The notes: generated by a model not told the origin, from the letters alone. A DNA stretch of 64,000 nt from Syntrophales bacterium (GCA_963666365.2 CAXXNF010000002.1:1984001-2048000), one strand, 5' to 3'. Positions 29,168 to 39,111 are shown, counted from the first letter of the stretch. A program made the numbers and translations.

Positions 29168-29614
29168 ATGCGTAATCAGATGGTTTTTAGGAAAGGTCTT
29201 ATCATTTCCATTGCCGTGATTTTAGTGCTCTCATTGTCCGGATATTGTCTGGCGGACAAGACCAGCAAGGATTTTGTAAATGAAGCGAAAAAAACGGTGA
29301 AAGAAATCTCCGTCGCCGATGCAAAGGCAGAAATAGATTCGGGAAAAGTGGCAATAATTCTCGACTGCAGAACGGAGAAGGAGTTTAAAAAAGGACATAT
29401 TCCTAAAGCAATGAATATTCCTCGCGGTCTTCTGGAATTCAAAATTGAAAAGAAAATACCGAAGAAAGACGCCTACATAATTTGTTACTGCGTATCAGGC
29501 GGCCGTTCCTGTCTTGCCTGCAGCACCATGAAAGAGATGGGATATTCAAACTTGAAAAGCATGGCGGGCGGATGGAAGGCATGGGTCAAAGCCGGTTATC
29601 CGATAGAGGAATAA
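29168..29614 (+). CDS. Exported single-domain rhodanese/sulfurtransferase
   Basis: Signal peptide, LDCRT..EF..GHIP.A.NIPRG.LE, active loop CVSGGR, GGWKAW; RBS GGAGG. Confidence 0.9.
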   Translation: MRNQMVFRKGLIISIAVILVLSLSGYCLADKTSKDFVNEAKKTVKEISVADAKAEIDSGKVAIILDCRTEKEFKKGHIPKAMNIPRGLLEFKIEKKIPKKDAYIICYCVSGGRSCLACSTMKEMGYSNLKSMAGGWKAWVKAGYPIEE

Positions 29615-29640
29615 CGCTAAAATCAAACGGATAAAACTGG

Positions 29641-29677
29641 AGGGGAACAATTCTGAAAGGGGTTGTTCCCTTTTTTT
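29641..29677 (+). terminator. Intrinsic terminator after rhodanese
   Basis: GGGAACAATTC...GGGTTGTTCCC followed by T7. Confidence 0.75.
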
Positions 29678-29703
29678 ATAATCGCACAGTATGCACTGTT
29701 CCG

Positions 29704-30546
29704 TTACATGTAACTGTGCAAACCCGAAAGTATGTAATTTACCCCGAGATAAGTAAAAATCACGGCAAAAAAACCGAGAATGGCAATACAGGCCATGATG
29801 GTTCCCTTCCATCCCTTTACCAGGCGGGCGTGGAGATAGGCGCCGTAAATCATCCAGGTGATGAGCGACCAGGTCTCTTTCGGATCCCACCCCCAATACC
29901 TTCCCCAGGCAGTATCGGCCCAGGCTGCACCAGTAATTATTCCCAGACTCAGTAAAACAAAACCGATTGAGGTTATTCGATAGGCCAGATCGTCCCACAT
30001 CGCGGCATCCGCGAGAAGTGCCGTAATTCTCGGTCCTCCCTTCACTCTGATCAAATAGAGTATGCTGGTGATGAACGAAAGAGCAAAACAGGCATAGGCA
30101 AGAAAGGAACTCACCACGTGACTGATGAGCCAATTACTTCTTAATGCGGGTATAAGAGGCTGAATTTCCGTGCTCACACTGCCGGAAAGCGACGCATAGG
30201 CCGGCAGCAAAAAGGCCAGGAAGGATGCCAGTATTCCGATACTTTCATTACCGTAACGTCTCCACATTATCAGCAATACGAGCATTACTGACCAGGAAAA
30301 AAAGACGAGCGATTCGTAGAGATTGGAAAGAGGTGCATGCCCGATTTCCAGTTGATACGAAATTGCCCAGCGCAGAATAATCGCAAACGTTTCTATGGAA
30401 AATCCGCTTGCCACCAGGATCAGTGCCAATACACGGATGACCTTTTTTTTAAAAACAAAGGCAGTAAAGAAGAAAAGAGTTCCAAAAAAATAAAGAAATG
30501 TTGCAATACTTACAAAAAATGTATCGTTCATACCAGTATCAATCAT
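29704..30546 (-). CDS. System II cytochrome c synthase subunit (CcsA/ResC family)
   Basis: GHAPLSNLYESL, WLISHV, WWD domain WADTAWGRYWGWDPKETW, C-terminal LHSY. Confidence 0.95.
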   Translation of the reverse strand: MIDTGMNDTFFVSIATFLYFFGTLFFFTAFVFKKKVIRVLALILVASGFSIETFAIILRWAISYQLEIGHAPLSNLYESLVFFSWSVMLVLLIMWRRYGNESIGILASFLAFLLPAYASLSGSVSTEIQPLIPALRSNWLISHVVSSFLAYACFALSFITSILYLIRVKGGPRITALLADAAMWDDLAYRITSIGFVLLSLGIITGAAWADTAWGRYWGWDPKETWSLITWMIYGAYLHARLVKGWKGTIMACIAILGFFAVIFTYLGVNYILSGLHSYM

Positions 30547-31868
30547 TGTTGTAGTTTATTAAGATGCTTTGCAAGAATTTTCTCGAAGTTGCCGTCGCGT
30601 TTTCTGTCTGTTTTCGCTGCAACTTCAACATATGATCCTTCGCCGGACGGCGTAATCCGTATCGACAGACACCGGTGCGACCCAAAGAGCACAATTACAA
30701 AACCGATGAGAATCAGGGCAAACCCACTCCATACCACGGGCATTCCCGGATTTTTGCTTATCTGTATGCCCGTGTAGTAGCGAGCGGTAAAATCTTCCAG
30801 TGCAAAGATATACTCTCCCCGTTCTACTTCCTGAGACCGGTGCCTCTGAAATGGTATCCAGAAAATATCGTGACTCATCCCCGGCACAAGCATCACACCC
30901 AATACTGCCGCCCCCTGTCCTTGAAAATCCGGCACAAACCGTGCAACGGCAAAGGAAGAGTCGCTTCCCGGCAATGGCACTTTTCGCATCCGATGGAGTG
31001 TAAGCACCGATCTGGTGCCGCTTTTCTTTTCCGTAACGGCGACTTTGAAATCGGAAGCATCGGCCATTCCATATGAAGCCTGACATAGTTTGTATCCCCG
31101 AAAGACAATGGGATGATTTACTCGTATCGATTCCTCCGCCACAGACGCACCCTCATCAATGATCGTTACATCGGATCGGTATTCTTTCGGCATACCACTG
31201 TCGTAAAATTCAACGGAAAAACGATTGCATCGTACCGAAAAGGGCAGCGTCATTTCTTTGGTTCCCGGAGAAACAAGAACCTTGCTCGAGGTTTCTCCCT
31301 CGACAATCGTCATTTGGCCTTCAAAACCGCCGACTGCACCTATGAGACCGCCGGCCAGAATTATCAGAATGCTCACATGAACGAACAGGATACCAAGCCG
31401 CGCATAGGCACCTTTTTCCGCATAAAGGTATCGCACGTCACGCTCACCTTTCACATTCGGCTTCCCGACAAGCGCTTTTACCAACATTCGCAGATTGCCT
31501 TCTATGCGTTCCCCTCTATCGTGCATTTCGAACTTATGTTGTATCGGCCACCCGCAAAAGGCCGCATCGCTCTTATCACCCCGCTTCCGAAACAGCGGGG
31601 CGCAAATTCCCGGAAGCGTTTTCGCCGTACAGGCAATGAGGTTAACTGCCAAAAGCGCCAGGAGAACGGTGAACCACCAGGAATGGTACATGTCTGAAAT
31701 ATCGAAAAACTCAATAAGAGAAACCGTACCCGGTCCATAGACATTCTCATAGTGGTCCTTTGGGAGCCCCTGTGCTACCAAAGTGCCGAACACGGAGGTT
31801 GCGGCCAGCGCAAAAAAAAGGAATATGGTAAGTTTTGCCGAAGCAAGTCCCTTGATAACTTTTTTCAT
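30543..31868 (-). CDS. System II cytochrome c biogenesis protein (ResB/Ccs1 family)
   Basis: GTLVAQ, DMYHSWWF, VHVS, IRVNHP, YTGIQISKNPG. Confidence 0.93.
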   Translation of the reverse strand: MKKVIKGLASAKLTIFLFFALAATSVFGTLVAQGLPKDHYENVYGPGTVSLIEFFDISDMYHSWWFTVLLALLAVNLIACTAKTLPGICAPLFRKRGDKSDAAFCGWPIQHKFEMHDRGERIEGNLRMLVKALVGKPNVKGERDVRYLYAEKGAYARLGILFVHVSILIILAGGLIGAVGGFEGQMTIVEGETSSKVLVSPGTKEMTLPFSVRCNRFSVEFYDSGMPKEYRSDVTIIDEGASVAEESIRVNHPIVFRGYKLCQASYGMADASDFKVAVTEKKSGTRSVLTLHRMRKVPLPGSDSSFAVARFVPDFQGQGAAVLGVMLVPGMSHDIFWIPFQRHRSQEVERGEYIFALEDFTARYYTGIQISKNPGMPVVWSGFALILIGFVIVLFGSHRCLSIRITPSGEGSYVEVAAKTDRKRDGNFEKILAKHLNKLQQ

Positions 31869-31907
31869 TATACACCGTTGTTGATCATAATCGGACAGGT
31901 GGATTCT

Positions 31908-32200
31908 TTACCCCTCCCAGAGCGTCCGGCTTCGAGGGATTTCAGATTCCCTGGTACTTGCAGAATCCTTATAGGCCCGGAATAGCAAATAGCTGCCGAG
32001 GGAAAAGAGCAATCCGTCCCTTACAAGATACCAGATCATTGAACTGGCGACACCACCTTTTTCAGGAGAGCTGAAACAGCCACAGCAAATGACTCGGGAT
32101 CAACTATTTTGTGGATGCTCGCATAGATAAAAAGCGCTCCCATCAAAAAACTGATAACACGACAATATATTTTTTCCCTGTCACAACTCTGCTGCTTCAT
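31908..32200 (-). pseudogene. MauE/DoxX family membrane protein with internal deletion
   Basis: N-terminal GALFIYASIHKIVDPESFA abuts, in a different frame, CGCF...LVRDGLLF; middle helices absent. Confidence 0.75.
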
Positions 32201-32581
32201 GAACCGCAACATCTTTTCAGAGAGGAAGCGACATCGATCTGACCGCATTGACTACAAAACCACATACAAAGGCAATTAATAGAATCAGACCCGCCTGGAA
32301 TATGCACACTCATACCTGTCTGTCAATAGCCTTTTTTTCTCTTTTTGTTCTGTCATATGCTAAAAGATATCTTTCATTTTCTCCCCCGAAAAAAAATGAG
32401 GAACTCCCATAATATCCCGGGGGATAACAGTCTTTCGCTACATCACAGACCTTATTGCTCTTACCGATTGCTTTTATAGGAAAACCTTTGCCTATTGCAA
32501 GAATTTTGTCAACAGCCTTTCTATGAGTGTTTCCTTGACCCTTTAGAGGCAATTAGGTAAAAGAAACTGAAAGGTAAAAAG

Positions 32582-33364
32582 GTGAATATGAAAAAAGGTC
32601 GAATCAGCGCCATTCTCTTTGAACAGGCCCGCACAGCAGGTGAAAATAGAATTGTAACGGACGTAAGAATCGGTCTCGGCTATATCGGCGTTGCCCTCGA
32701 CAACGATCGGCTTGGATTGGCAGCGGTCATACAGGAAGATTTTCAGACGAGCTGTACCGCGCTTTCAAAAGCCGGCACACTTGCCGGATTGAGCGCATCA
32801 CAGCTGCTGAAGTTTCTGGTGGAAGGACGCAACCCCCTGGAAAAGGCTTTGGGATTGGCCACGGCAAACGCGATCCTGCGCCCCGGCTCTTGTGCCGATG
32901 AAGAGGTGGAAGCGATAGAGGCGATGAAGCTCACCGGGCAGGATACTGTGGCCATGGTGGGTTTTTTCGGGCCGCTTGTCGGCAGGATAAAGGCAACGGG
33001 CGCAACCCTTTCCATTATCGAAAAAAACCCTCGCCGTCCGGGCATTACAGATGCGGCGCGCCAGAAAGAAATCCTTTCAGGCGCCACCGTCGCCATCGTC
33101 ACGGCCACATCAATTTTGAACGACACCATCGAAGACATATTGCACTATCTTGATTCCGCCAGAGAGGTAAGCATACTGGGGCCCTCGACGCCACTCTACC
33201 CGGAGGCGTTTCGAAATACTCCGGTCACTCACCTCGGCGGTTCGGAAAGTCTCGATAACAAAAAAATTATGCAGATTATCTCCGAGGGAGGGGGAACGCC
33301 CGCCATGCGCCCCTATCTTCGGTTTATCAATATTTTTTTCACTAAGGATATGCAGCGCCCATGA
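32582..33364 (+). CDS. DUF364 family Rossmann-like protein
   Basis: DVRIGLGY, GLATANA, VAMVGFFGP, TATSILNDT, LGPSTP. Confidence 0.8.
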   Translation: MNMKKGRISAILFEQARTAGENRIVTDVRIGLGYIGVALDNDRLGLAAVIQEDFQTSCTALSKAGTLAGLSASQLLKFLVEGRNPLEKALGLATANAILRPGSCADEEVEAIEAMKLTGQDTVAMVGFFGPLVGRIKATGATLSIIEKNPRRPGITDAARQKEILSGATVAIVTATSILNDTIEDILHYLDSAREVSILGPSTPLYPEAFRNTPVTHLGGSESLDNKKIMQIISEGGGTPAMRPYLRFINIFFTKDMQRP

Positions 33365-33891
33365 CCCCCATTCTGTCGATTGTCGGAAAATCAAACTCAG
33401 GAAAAACAACCCTCATTGAAAAAATCATTCCCCCTCTGCGTGAAAAGGGCTACCGGGTCGCGACCATCAAGCACAACCGTCACGGTTTCGATATCGATCA
33501 TGAAGGAAAGGACAGCTGGCGTCACAAAAAAGCGGGCGCCTTCACCACAGTGATTGCATCCCCCCACAAGATCGCGGTAATAGAAGATACGGACTGCGAC
33601 TATGGGATAGACGAGCTTGCCGCACGGTACATCCGGTCGGCCGATCTGATTCTGGTGGAAGGATTCAAGGACAACCCCTTCCCGAAGATAGAGGTATCGC
33701 TGGTCCGATCGCAGCACGACCTCCTCTGCACAAAAGAGGACAACCTCATTGCAATCGCCGCAGATGCGCATTATGATAGAGGAGTGCCCTGCTTTGACAT
33801 CAATGACATAGGCGGGTTGGTCGCATTTATTGAAGACTGTTTTTTAAACATGAGGGATAAAAACAGCCGCGGATCGTCTCTTGACTGGTGA
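33361..33891 (+). CDS. mobB: Molybdopterin-guanine dinucleotide biosynthesis protein B
   Basis: GKSNSGKTT, TIKH, DIDHEGKDSWRH, VEGFK. Confidence 0.93.
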   Translation: MTPILSIVGKSNSGKTTLIEKIIPPLREKGYRVATIKHNRHGFDIDHEGKDSWRHKKAGAFTTVIASPHKIAVIEDTDCDYGIDELAARYIRSADLILVEGFKDNPFPKIEVSLVRSQHDLLCTKEDNLIAIAADAHYDRGVPCFDINDIGGLVAFIEDCFLNMRDKNSRGSSLDW

Positions 33892-33913
33892 GACAAAAAA
33901 ATATCGCTAAAAT

Positions 33914-34192
33914 ATGAGTGACATTGACTGGCTAAAAATTGTAAAGTGGGTATTTATTGTGTTGGTTGCTGGATTTATCGGCCAGTTCGGGAAAATGCTT
34001 GCCAATCATTTCGCCTCCAAGGCAAAGTTGAAAAAGAAGCGCACACCACAGATGCCCGCGGAAAGTGGACCCAATAGAGTAATTGAAGAATCGGCAAGGG
34101 ATAAAGCCAAGGAAGAAAAGAAACTGTTGAAGGCCCGGACCAAACAACAGAAGAAGGAAGCAAAGGCGCTGCAAAAGCAAAATGAATTGTAA
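33914..34192 (+). CDS. Small protein with one N-terminal TM and Lys-rich tail
   Basis: ORF in operon position between mobB and greA. Confidence 0.65.
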   Translation: MSDIDWLKIVKWVFIVLVAGFIGQFGKMLANHFASKAKLKKKRTPQMPAESGPNRVIEESARDKAKEEKKLLKARTKQQKKEAKALQKQNEL

Positions 34193-34212
34193 AAGAAGTG
34201 GAGGGGTGCATT

Positions 34213-34695
34213 ATGGACAAGGTCCCGATTACGAGACCTGGATTTGAGAAACTGAAAAAGGATCTGGATCATATCAAACGGGTTGACGTACCTGAAAACA
34301 TTCGCGACATCGAAGAAGCTCGTGCACATGGAGACATATCGGAAAACGCCGAGTACGAGGCAGCCAAGGACCGGCAGGCCTTTCTTCAGGCCAAGATTCA
34401 GGAAATAGAAAACAAACTCGCCACATCCATGATAATAGATCCCAATGATCTCACGGATGAACGGGTGGTCTTCGGCGCAACGGTCACCATGGAAGATATG
34501 ATCAAGGAAGAGACTGTCGAGTATCTGCTGGTCGGTCCTTTCGAATCGGACATAGAAAGAAACAGGATCTCCGTCACTTCTCCTATTGGAAAAGCGCTGA
34601 TAGGAAAAGAAGTGGGTGAAGAGGTTTCCGTAAAGACACCAGGAGGGCTCCGCCGGTTCGAAATCGTCGACATCTGCATCAAGCCTCACGATTGA
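34213..34695 (+). CDS. greA: Transcription elongation factor GreA
   Basis: ARAHGDISENAEYEAAK, ISVTSPIGKALIG. Confidence 0.96.
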   Translation: MDKVPITRPGFEKLKKDLDHIKRVDVPENIRDIEEARAHGDISENAEYEAAKDRQAFLQAKIQEIENKLATSMIIDPNDLTDERVVFGATVTMEDMIKEETVEYLLVGPFESDIERNRISVTSPIGKALIGKEVGEEVSVKTPGGLRRFEIVDICIKPHD

Positions 34696-35032
34696 GTAAA
34701 TGTCCATACCGTTTAAAGGATGCAGGTTGAGGCCTGCCGCAGCAACGGCGGCAGGCTTCAATGGTTCTCATACTATTCATTATTGCCGGAGAATCGGTTT
34801 TCACTGCAGTTTTGCAGAATACACAGAGTGTGCTCCGGCAGAGAATTAAGTCGCATATCTGCAATTATTTTACTTAAGAGAGTATCATTTTTGCATCTTA
34901 TTATTTGTGTGCAATGACAAGGCGGCGCCATATCGCTTCGATATACATGAAGTTTTTATTTTTATCATACTACGTTTCAGTGGCATGATTCTTGGTTATT
35001 GTTGCAAAGATCTTACATGAAAGGAATATACT

Positions 35033-35401
35033 ATGAAAATCGCAATTACCTCAACGGGCGAGGGCATGGAAAGTAAAGTGGACAGGAGTTTTGGAAGGGC
35101 AAAATGGTTTGTCACGATCGACAGGGAAACCAAAGCGATAGAAGCCCACTCGAACGCCCAGAACATACACGCCTCCCACGGCGCGGGCATTCAGGCGGCT
35201 CAGAATGTGGCGAACCTCGGCGTCGAAATCCTGCTGACCGGCAATGTAGGCCCCAATGCGTTTCGCACGTTGCAGGCGGCTTCCATAAAGATCTTCATGT
35301 TTGATAACACCGTAGAGACGGTGGAAGAGGCCCTGGCCCGCTGGGAAGCGGGAGATCTGGCGGAAATAGGCGCACCGACCCGCGAAGGCCACTGGGTATA
35401 A
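35033..35401 (+). CDS. NifB/NifX-family cluster-binding protein
   Basis: MKIAI, FGRA, HGAGIQAAQ, TGNVGPNAF. Confidence 0.88.
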   Translation: MKIAITSTGEGMESKVDRSFGRAKWFVTIDRETKAIEAHSNAQNIHASHGAGIQAAQNVANLGVEILLTGNVGPNAFRTLQAASIKIFMFDNTVETVEEALARWEAGDLAEIGAPTREGHWV

Positions 35402-35456
35402 AGAAAAAACGACCTCCATCCCTGTCATATGGAGGAAACCTGGAAGGTAAAAGATA

Positions 35457-36335
35457 ATGAATATAGCAATTGCAAGCGGCAAGGGCGGTACGGGAAAGAC
35501 GACCATTGCCACCAACCTCTCCCTCGCCCGTGCAGAGAAGGGTGAGCGCGTTACTCTGGCGGATTGTGATGTAGAAGAACCGAACTGCCATATTTTTCTG
35601 AAGCCCCGTATTGTCTACTCGGAAGCGGTCACGGTTCAAAAACCGGAAGTCATTGAAGACCGTTGCACAGGCTGCGGCATCTGTGGAGAAGTCTGTGAAT
35701 ATAACGCAATAGCCGTCATAAAAAAGAAGGTGCTCATATTCCCCGAACTCTGCCACAGTTGCGGGGCCTGCAGTCTTCTTTGCCCGGAAAATGCCATTGC
35801 CGAAACACCGAGGCATGTGGGCATGCTTGAAAAAGGAACCTCTTCCAATCTTTCATTCATTCAAGGACTGCTGAACATCGGCGAGCTGATGTCTCCGGCG
35901 GTCATTCATGCCGTAAGAGAAGCTGCAGGAAGTGATGGTCATGTCGTCGTTGACGCACCACCGGGTACTTCCTGCCCCGTGATCGAGGCCGTCAAGGGTT
36001 CCGATTTTGTCCTGCTCGTTACCGAACCGACTCCTTTCGGTCTTCACGATCTTACACTGGCCGTAGGAATGGTCCGCGAGCTTGATATCCCCTTTGCCGT
36101 GGCGATCAATCGATCCGACATGGGAACGGATGAACTTGCGCGCTACTGCGCCTCCGAAGGAATCGATGTCATACTCGAAATACCTGACGACCGGCGAATC
36201 GCCGAGGCCTACTCGCGGGGAGAGATGATTATTCATGCCCTTCCGGAGTATCGCAACCTTTTCGATGCCTGTTGGAATGAGGTGATGTCACGACAGGGCC
36301 TCCCATTGTCAAAACAGAACGAGGAGGTACTCTAA
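35457..36335 (+). CDS. MinD-superfamily P-loop ATPase with inserted ferredoxin domain
   Basis: SGKGGTGKTT, DCDVEEPN, two CxxCxxCxxxC, DAPPGTSCP. Confidence 0.9.
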   Translation: MNIAIASGKGGTGKTTIATNLSLARAEKGERVTLADCDVEEPNCHIFLKPRIVYSEAVTVQKPEVIEDRCTGCGICGEVCEYNAIAVIKKKVLIFPELCHSCGACSLLCPENAIAETPRHVGMLEKGTSSNLSFIQGLLNIGELMSPAVIHAVREAAGSDGHVVVDAPPGTSCPVIEAVKGSDFVLLVTEPTPFGLHDLTLAVGMVRELDIPFAVAINRSDMGTDELARYCASEGIDVILEIPDDRRIAEAYSRGEMIIHALPEYRNLFDACWNEVMSRQGLPLSKQNEEVL

Positions 36336-36339
36336 GGCC

Positions 36340-37230
36340 ATGAAAGAAATTGTGATAATCAGCGGAAAAGGGGGAACAGGCAAAACAAGCATCGTGGCGT
36401 CCTTTGCCGCGCTGGCGGGGAAAAAGGCACTTGCCGACTGCGATGTCGATGCCGCGGACCTTCACCTTGTACTGAATCCGGTGATTGAGGGTCGTGAAGA
36501 TTTCAGCGGCGGAAAGAAGGCGCGCATACTTGAAGACGCATGTATCGCCTGCGACAGTTGCATCGAGACATGCCGATTCGACGCGATATCCTACGGCGTC
36601 GGAGGAAAAGTCGATGCGGAATCGATTCCTTCAGTTAATCCGATTTACTGCGAGGGATGCGGGCTTTGCGTGCGCATCTGTCCGGCCGAGGCTATCGCTT
36701 TCGAACCGAGGATAAACGGCGAATGCTACGTATCGACCACGAAATATGGACCCATGGTGCATGCACGGCTCGGCATTGCCGAGGGTAATTCAGGAAAGCT
36801 CGTAAGCCTTGTGAGACAAAAAGCACGGGACATTGCGGAACGAGAGGATCTTGACTACATTCTCGTCGACGGGTCTCCGGGAATCGGCTGTCCCGTCATT
36901 GCATCCATAACGGGGGCCGATGTGATAGTGGCCGTAACGGAACCAACGCTTTCGGGAAAGCACGATCTATTGAGAGTCGCCGATCTGGCGGGTCACTTCA
37001 GAGTTCCCCTGCTTGTGTGCATCAACAAATGGGATCTGAACCCTTCAGTTGCGGAAGAAATTGAAAAGGTAACCGGCGAACGAGGCGCCGCCGTGGCCGG
37101 CCGCGTGCGATACGACAGGGCTATCACCATGGCACAGATAGAAAAAACCACCGTCATCGAATATACCGATCAGGGCGCCTCCCAGGACATTAAGGCACTC
37201 TGGGAAAGAGTGAGGGCCGCTCTCCAATGA
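36340..37230 (+). CDS. MinD-superfamily P-loop ATPase with inserted ferredoxin domain (partner paralog)
   Basis: SGKGGTGKTS, DCDVDAADL, two CxxCxxCxxxC, DGSPGIGCP. Confidence 0.9.
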   Translation: MKEIVIISGKGGTGKTSIVASFAALAGKKALADCDVDAADLHLVLNPVIEGREDFSGGKKARILEDACIACDSCIETCRFDAISYGVGGKVDAESIPSVNPIYCEGCGLCVRICPAEAIAFEPRINGECYVSTTKYGPMVHARLGIAEGNSGKLVSLVRQKARDIAEREDLDYILVDGSPGIGCPVIASITGADVIVAVTEPTLSGKHDLLRVADLAGHFRVPLLVCINKWDLNPSVAEEIEKVTGERGAAVAGRVRYDRAITMAQIEKTTVIEYTDQGASQDIKALWERVRAALQ

Positions 37231-37391
37231 ACGGGCAGATCAAAGAAAAGGAGCGAAGGAGAGGCCGACCTATGCGTATCGATGCAGTGAGCGCCTGTAA
37301 ACATTTGGGCCATTGCATATAAAAGTCGATTGAAATATATATAAAAGTCGTATAAGGAAGATAGGTTATATGTCGAAAGGAGACAGGGTAC

Positions 37392-38654
37392 ATGAGCGGT
37401 AACGGAAAAGATCAGGAAGGTCGTAGCGGCGAAACGCCGCCGGCCGGCGACAGCACACTGAAATCCTATACGGAGGGTCAGGCTTTGACGAACCGCATGG
37501 GTGAAATACAAAACAAGATTATGGTCCTCTCCGGCAAGGGGGGCGTGGGCAAAAGTACCGTCGCGGCAAATATCGCGGTCGCCCTCGCTATGGAAGGAAA
37601 AAAAGTGGGCCTTCTTGACACGGACTTTCACGGCCCGAGCATTCCCACACTTCTCAACCTTGAGGGAAAGCGGCCGGGAAGCGACGGCACATCGATCCTG
37701 CCCGTGGAGTACGTCGAGGGCATCAAGGTCATGTCCATCGGCTTTCTGGTGCCCAACCGTGATGACGCCGTCATCTGGAGAGGCCCCATGAAGATGAACG
37801 TGATCAAGCAGTTGCTCTCTGACGTGAACTGGGGAACACTGGATTACCTCGTGGTGGACTTCCCTCCGGGAACCGGCGACGAGCCCCTCTCGGTCGCCCA
37901 GCTCATTCCCCACAGCAACGGCGCGGTGATTGTCACAACCCCTCAGGATCTTTCACTCAACGACGTGCGGAAATGCATCAACTTCTGCCGCCAGGTCAAC
38001 ATTCCCGTCCTGGGCGTCATAGAAAACATGAGCGGATTGGTCTGTCCCAATTGTCACCACCTCATCGATGTCTTCAAATCGGGCGGCGGGGAGAAGATGG
38101 CGAAAGAAATGGGCGTCCCCTTCCTGGGGAAAATACCCATCGACCCGAATGTCGTTGAAGCCTCGGACAGAGGAATGCCCTTCGTATACCATTATTCCAA
38201 GTCGGATGCCGGAAAGGCATTTCGCGAAGCCATCGAACCCCTGCTGAATCTCACGCCCTCCGGAGCGTCGGCAGTTTCTGCAGAAACCCTCAAAAAGGAC
38301 AGTGATATGAAGACAACGCGCATTGCGATTCCTGTGGTGCAGGGACGCCTCAGCCCCCATTTCGGTCATTGCGACACCTTCGCCATTTACGACATCGATC
38401 CCGAAAAAAAAGAGGTCCTCTCTGAAACCACAGAGGAAGCCCCTCCGCACGAACCGGGACTTCTCCCCCGCTGGCTCGGAGAGAAGGGCGTACATGTCAT
38501 TATTGCTGGCGGCATGGGGGCGCGGGCCCAGGAGCTCTTTGCCGAACAGGGGATATCGGTTTCCATCGGCGCACCTTCAGATACCCCCGAAGCGATCGTC
38601 AATGCCTTTATGGAAGGCACCTTGACCCTGGGGGATAACATCTGTGACCACTAA
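37392..38654 (+). CDS. Mrp/ApbC Fe-S carrier ATPase fused to a C-terminal NifB/NifX domain
   Basis: SGKGGVGKS, VIWRGP, PPGTGD, ENMS..VCPNC; C-terminal HFGHC...ICDH. Confidence 0.92.
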   Translation: MSGNGKDQEGRSGETPPAGDSTLKSYTEGQALTNRMGEIQNKIMVLSGKGGVGKSTVAANIAVALAMEGKKVGLLDTDFHGPSIPTLLNLEGKRPGSDGTSILPVEYVEGIKVMSIGFLVPNRDDAVIWRGPMKMNVIKQLLSDVNWGTLDYLVVDFPPGTGDEPLSVAQLIPHSNGAVIVTTPQDLSLNDVRKCINFCRQVNIPVLGVIENMSGLVCPNCHHLIDVFKSGGGEKMAKEMGVPFLGKIPIDPNVVEASDRGMPFVYHYSKSDAGKAFREAIEPLLNLTPSGASAVSAETLKKDSDMKTTRIAIPVVQGRLSPHFGHCDTFAIYDIDPEKKEVLSETTEEAPPHEPGLLPRWLGEKGVHVIIAGGMGARAQELFAEQGISVSIGAPSDTPEAIVNAFMEGTLTLGDNICDH

Positions 38655-39096
38655 TGAACGGCAGAAAGATGACAGGGGAATAATTGAGGCGCTCCTGGGA
38701 ATGGCCTATGAAAAGGCCGCCGAGGTGTATTCCGAAGCCCTCGTGGATGCGGGTATGAACCCACAGCACTACGGCACGCTGCCGAACCCCGACGGATATG
38801 CGGCAGTCACCGGGACCTGAGGAGACACCGTCCAGATCTTTCTTCGGGTAAGAAAGGATATCATCGAGGAAGCAAAGTTTTCCACCGACGGGTGTATGTT
38901 TACCACCGCCGCGGCGGAAACGGCAGCCAGGCTGTGCCTGCACAAATCAATCCGGGACTGCCTTTTTATTAACGAAAGCGCAATTCTTGCGCAACTGCCC
39001 AGGATGCCCGAGGATCACAGGCATTGCGCGCTTTTGGCCGCAATGACATTCCAGAAGGCGCTGAAGGAGTGCATCGGAGGCAAGGGGACACAATAA
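38644..39096 (+). CDS. Predicted selenocysteine-containing NifU/IscU-like scaffold protein, 150 aa (only its last 66 aa are in the ORF track)
   Basis: GTG 38644 after GGGGGA; MNPQHYGTLPNPDGYAAVTGT-U-GDTVQIFLRV...FSTDGC...DHRHCALLA; TGA 38818-38820 occupies the Cys of the CGD motif. Confidence 0.87.
38837..38857 (+). promoter_or_regulatory. SECIS-like hairpin of the NifU-like gene
   Basis: UCUUUCUU-CGGGU-AAGAAAGG; loop 24 nt after UGA, G at loop position 2. Confidence 0.72.
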
Positions 39097-39111
39097 ATCA
39101 GGAGGTATGCG

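Noticed and set aside
34981..34996. Sigma54 promoter TGGCATGATTCTTGG
   Set aside because: The -12 GC is GG; insufficient support.
35033..39096. Nitrogen fixation cluster
   Set aside because: No nifHDK or radical-SAM NifB; these domains are widespread in non-diazotrophic anaerobes.
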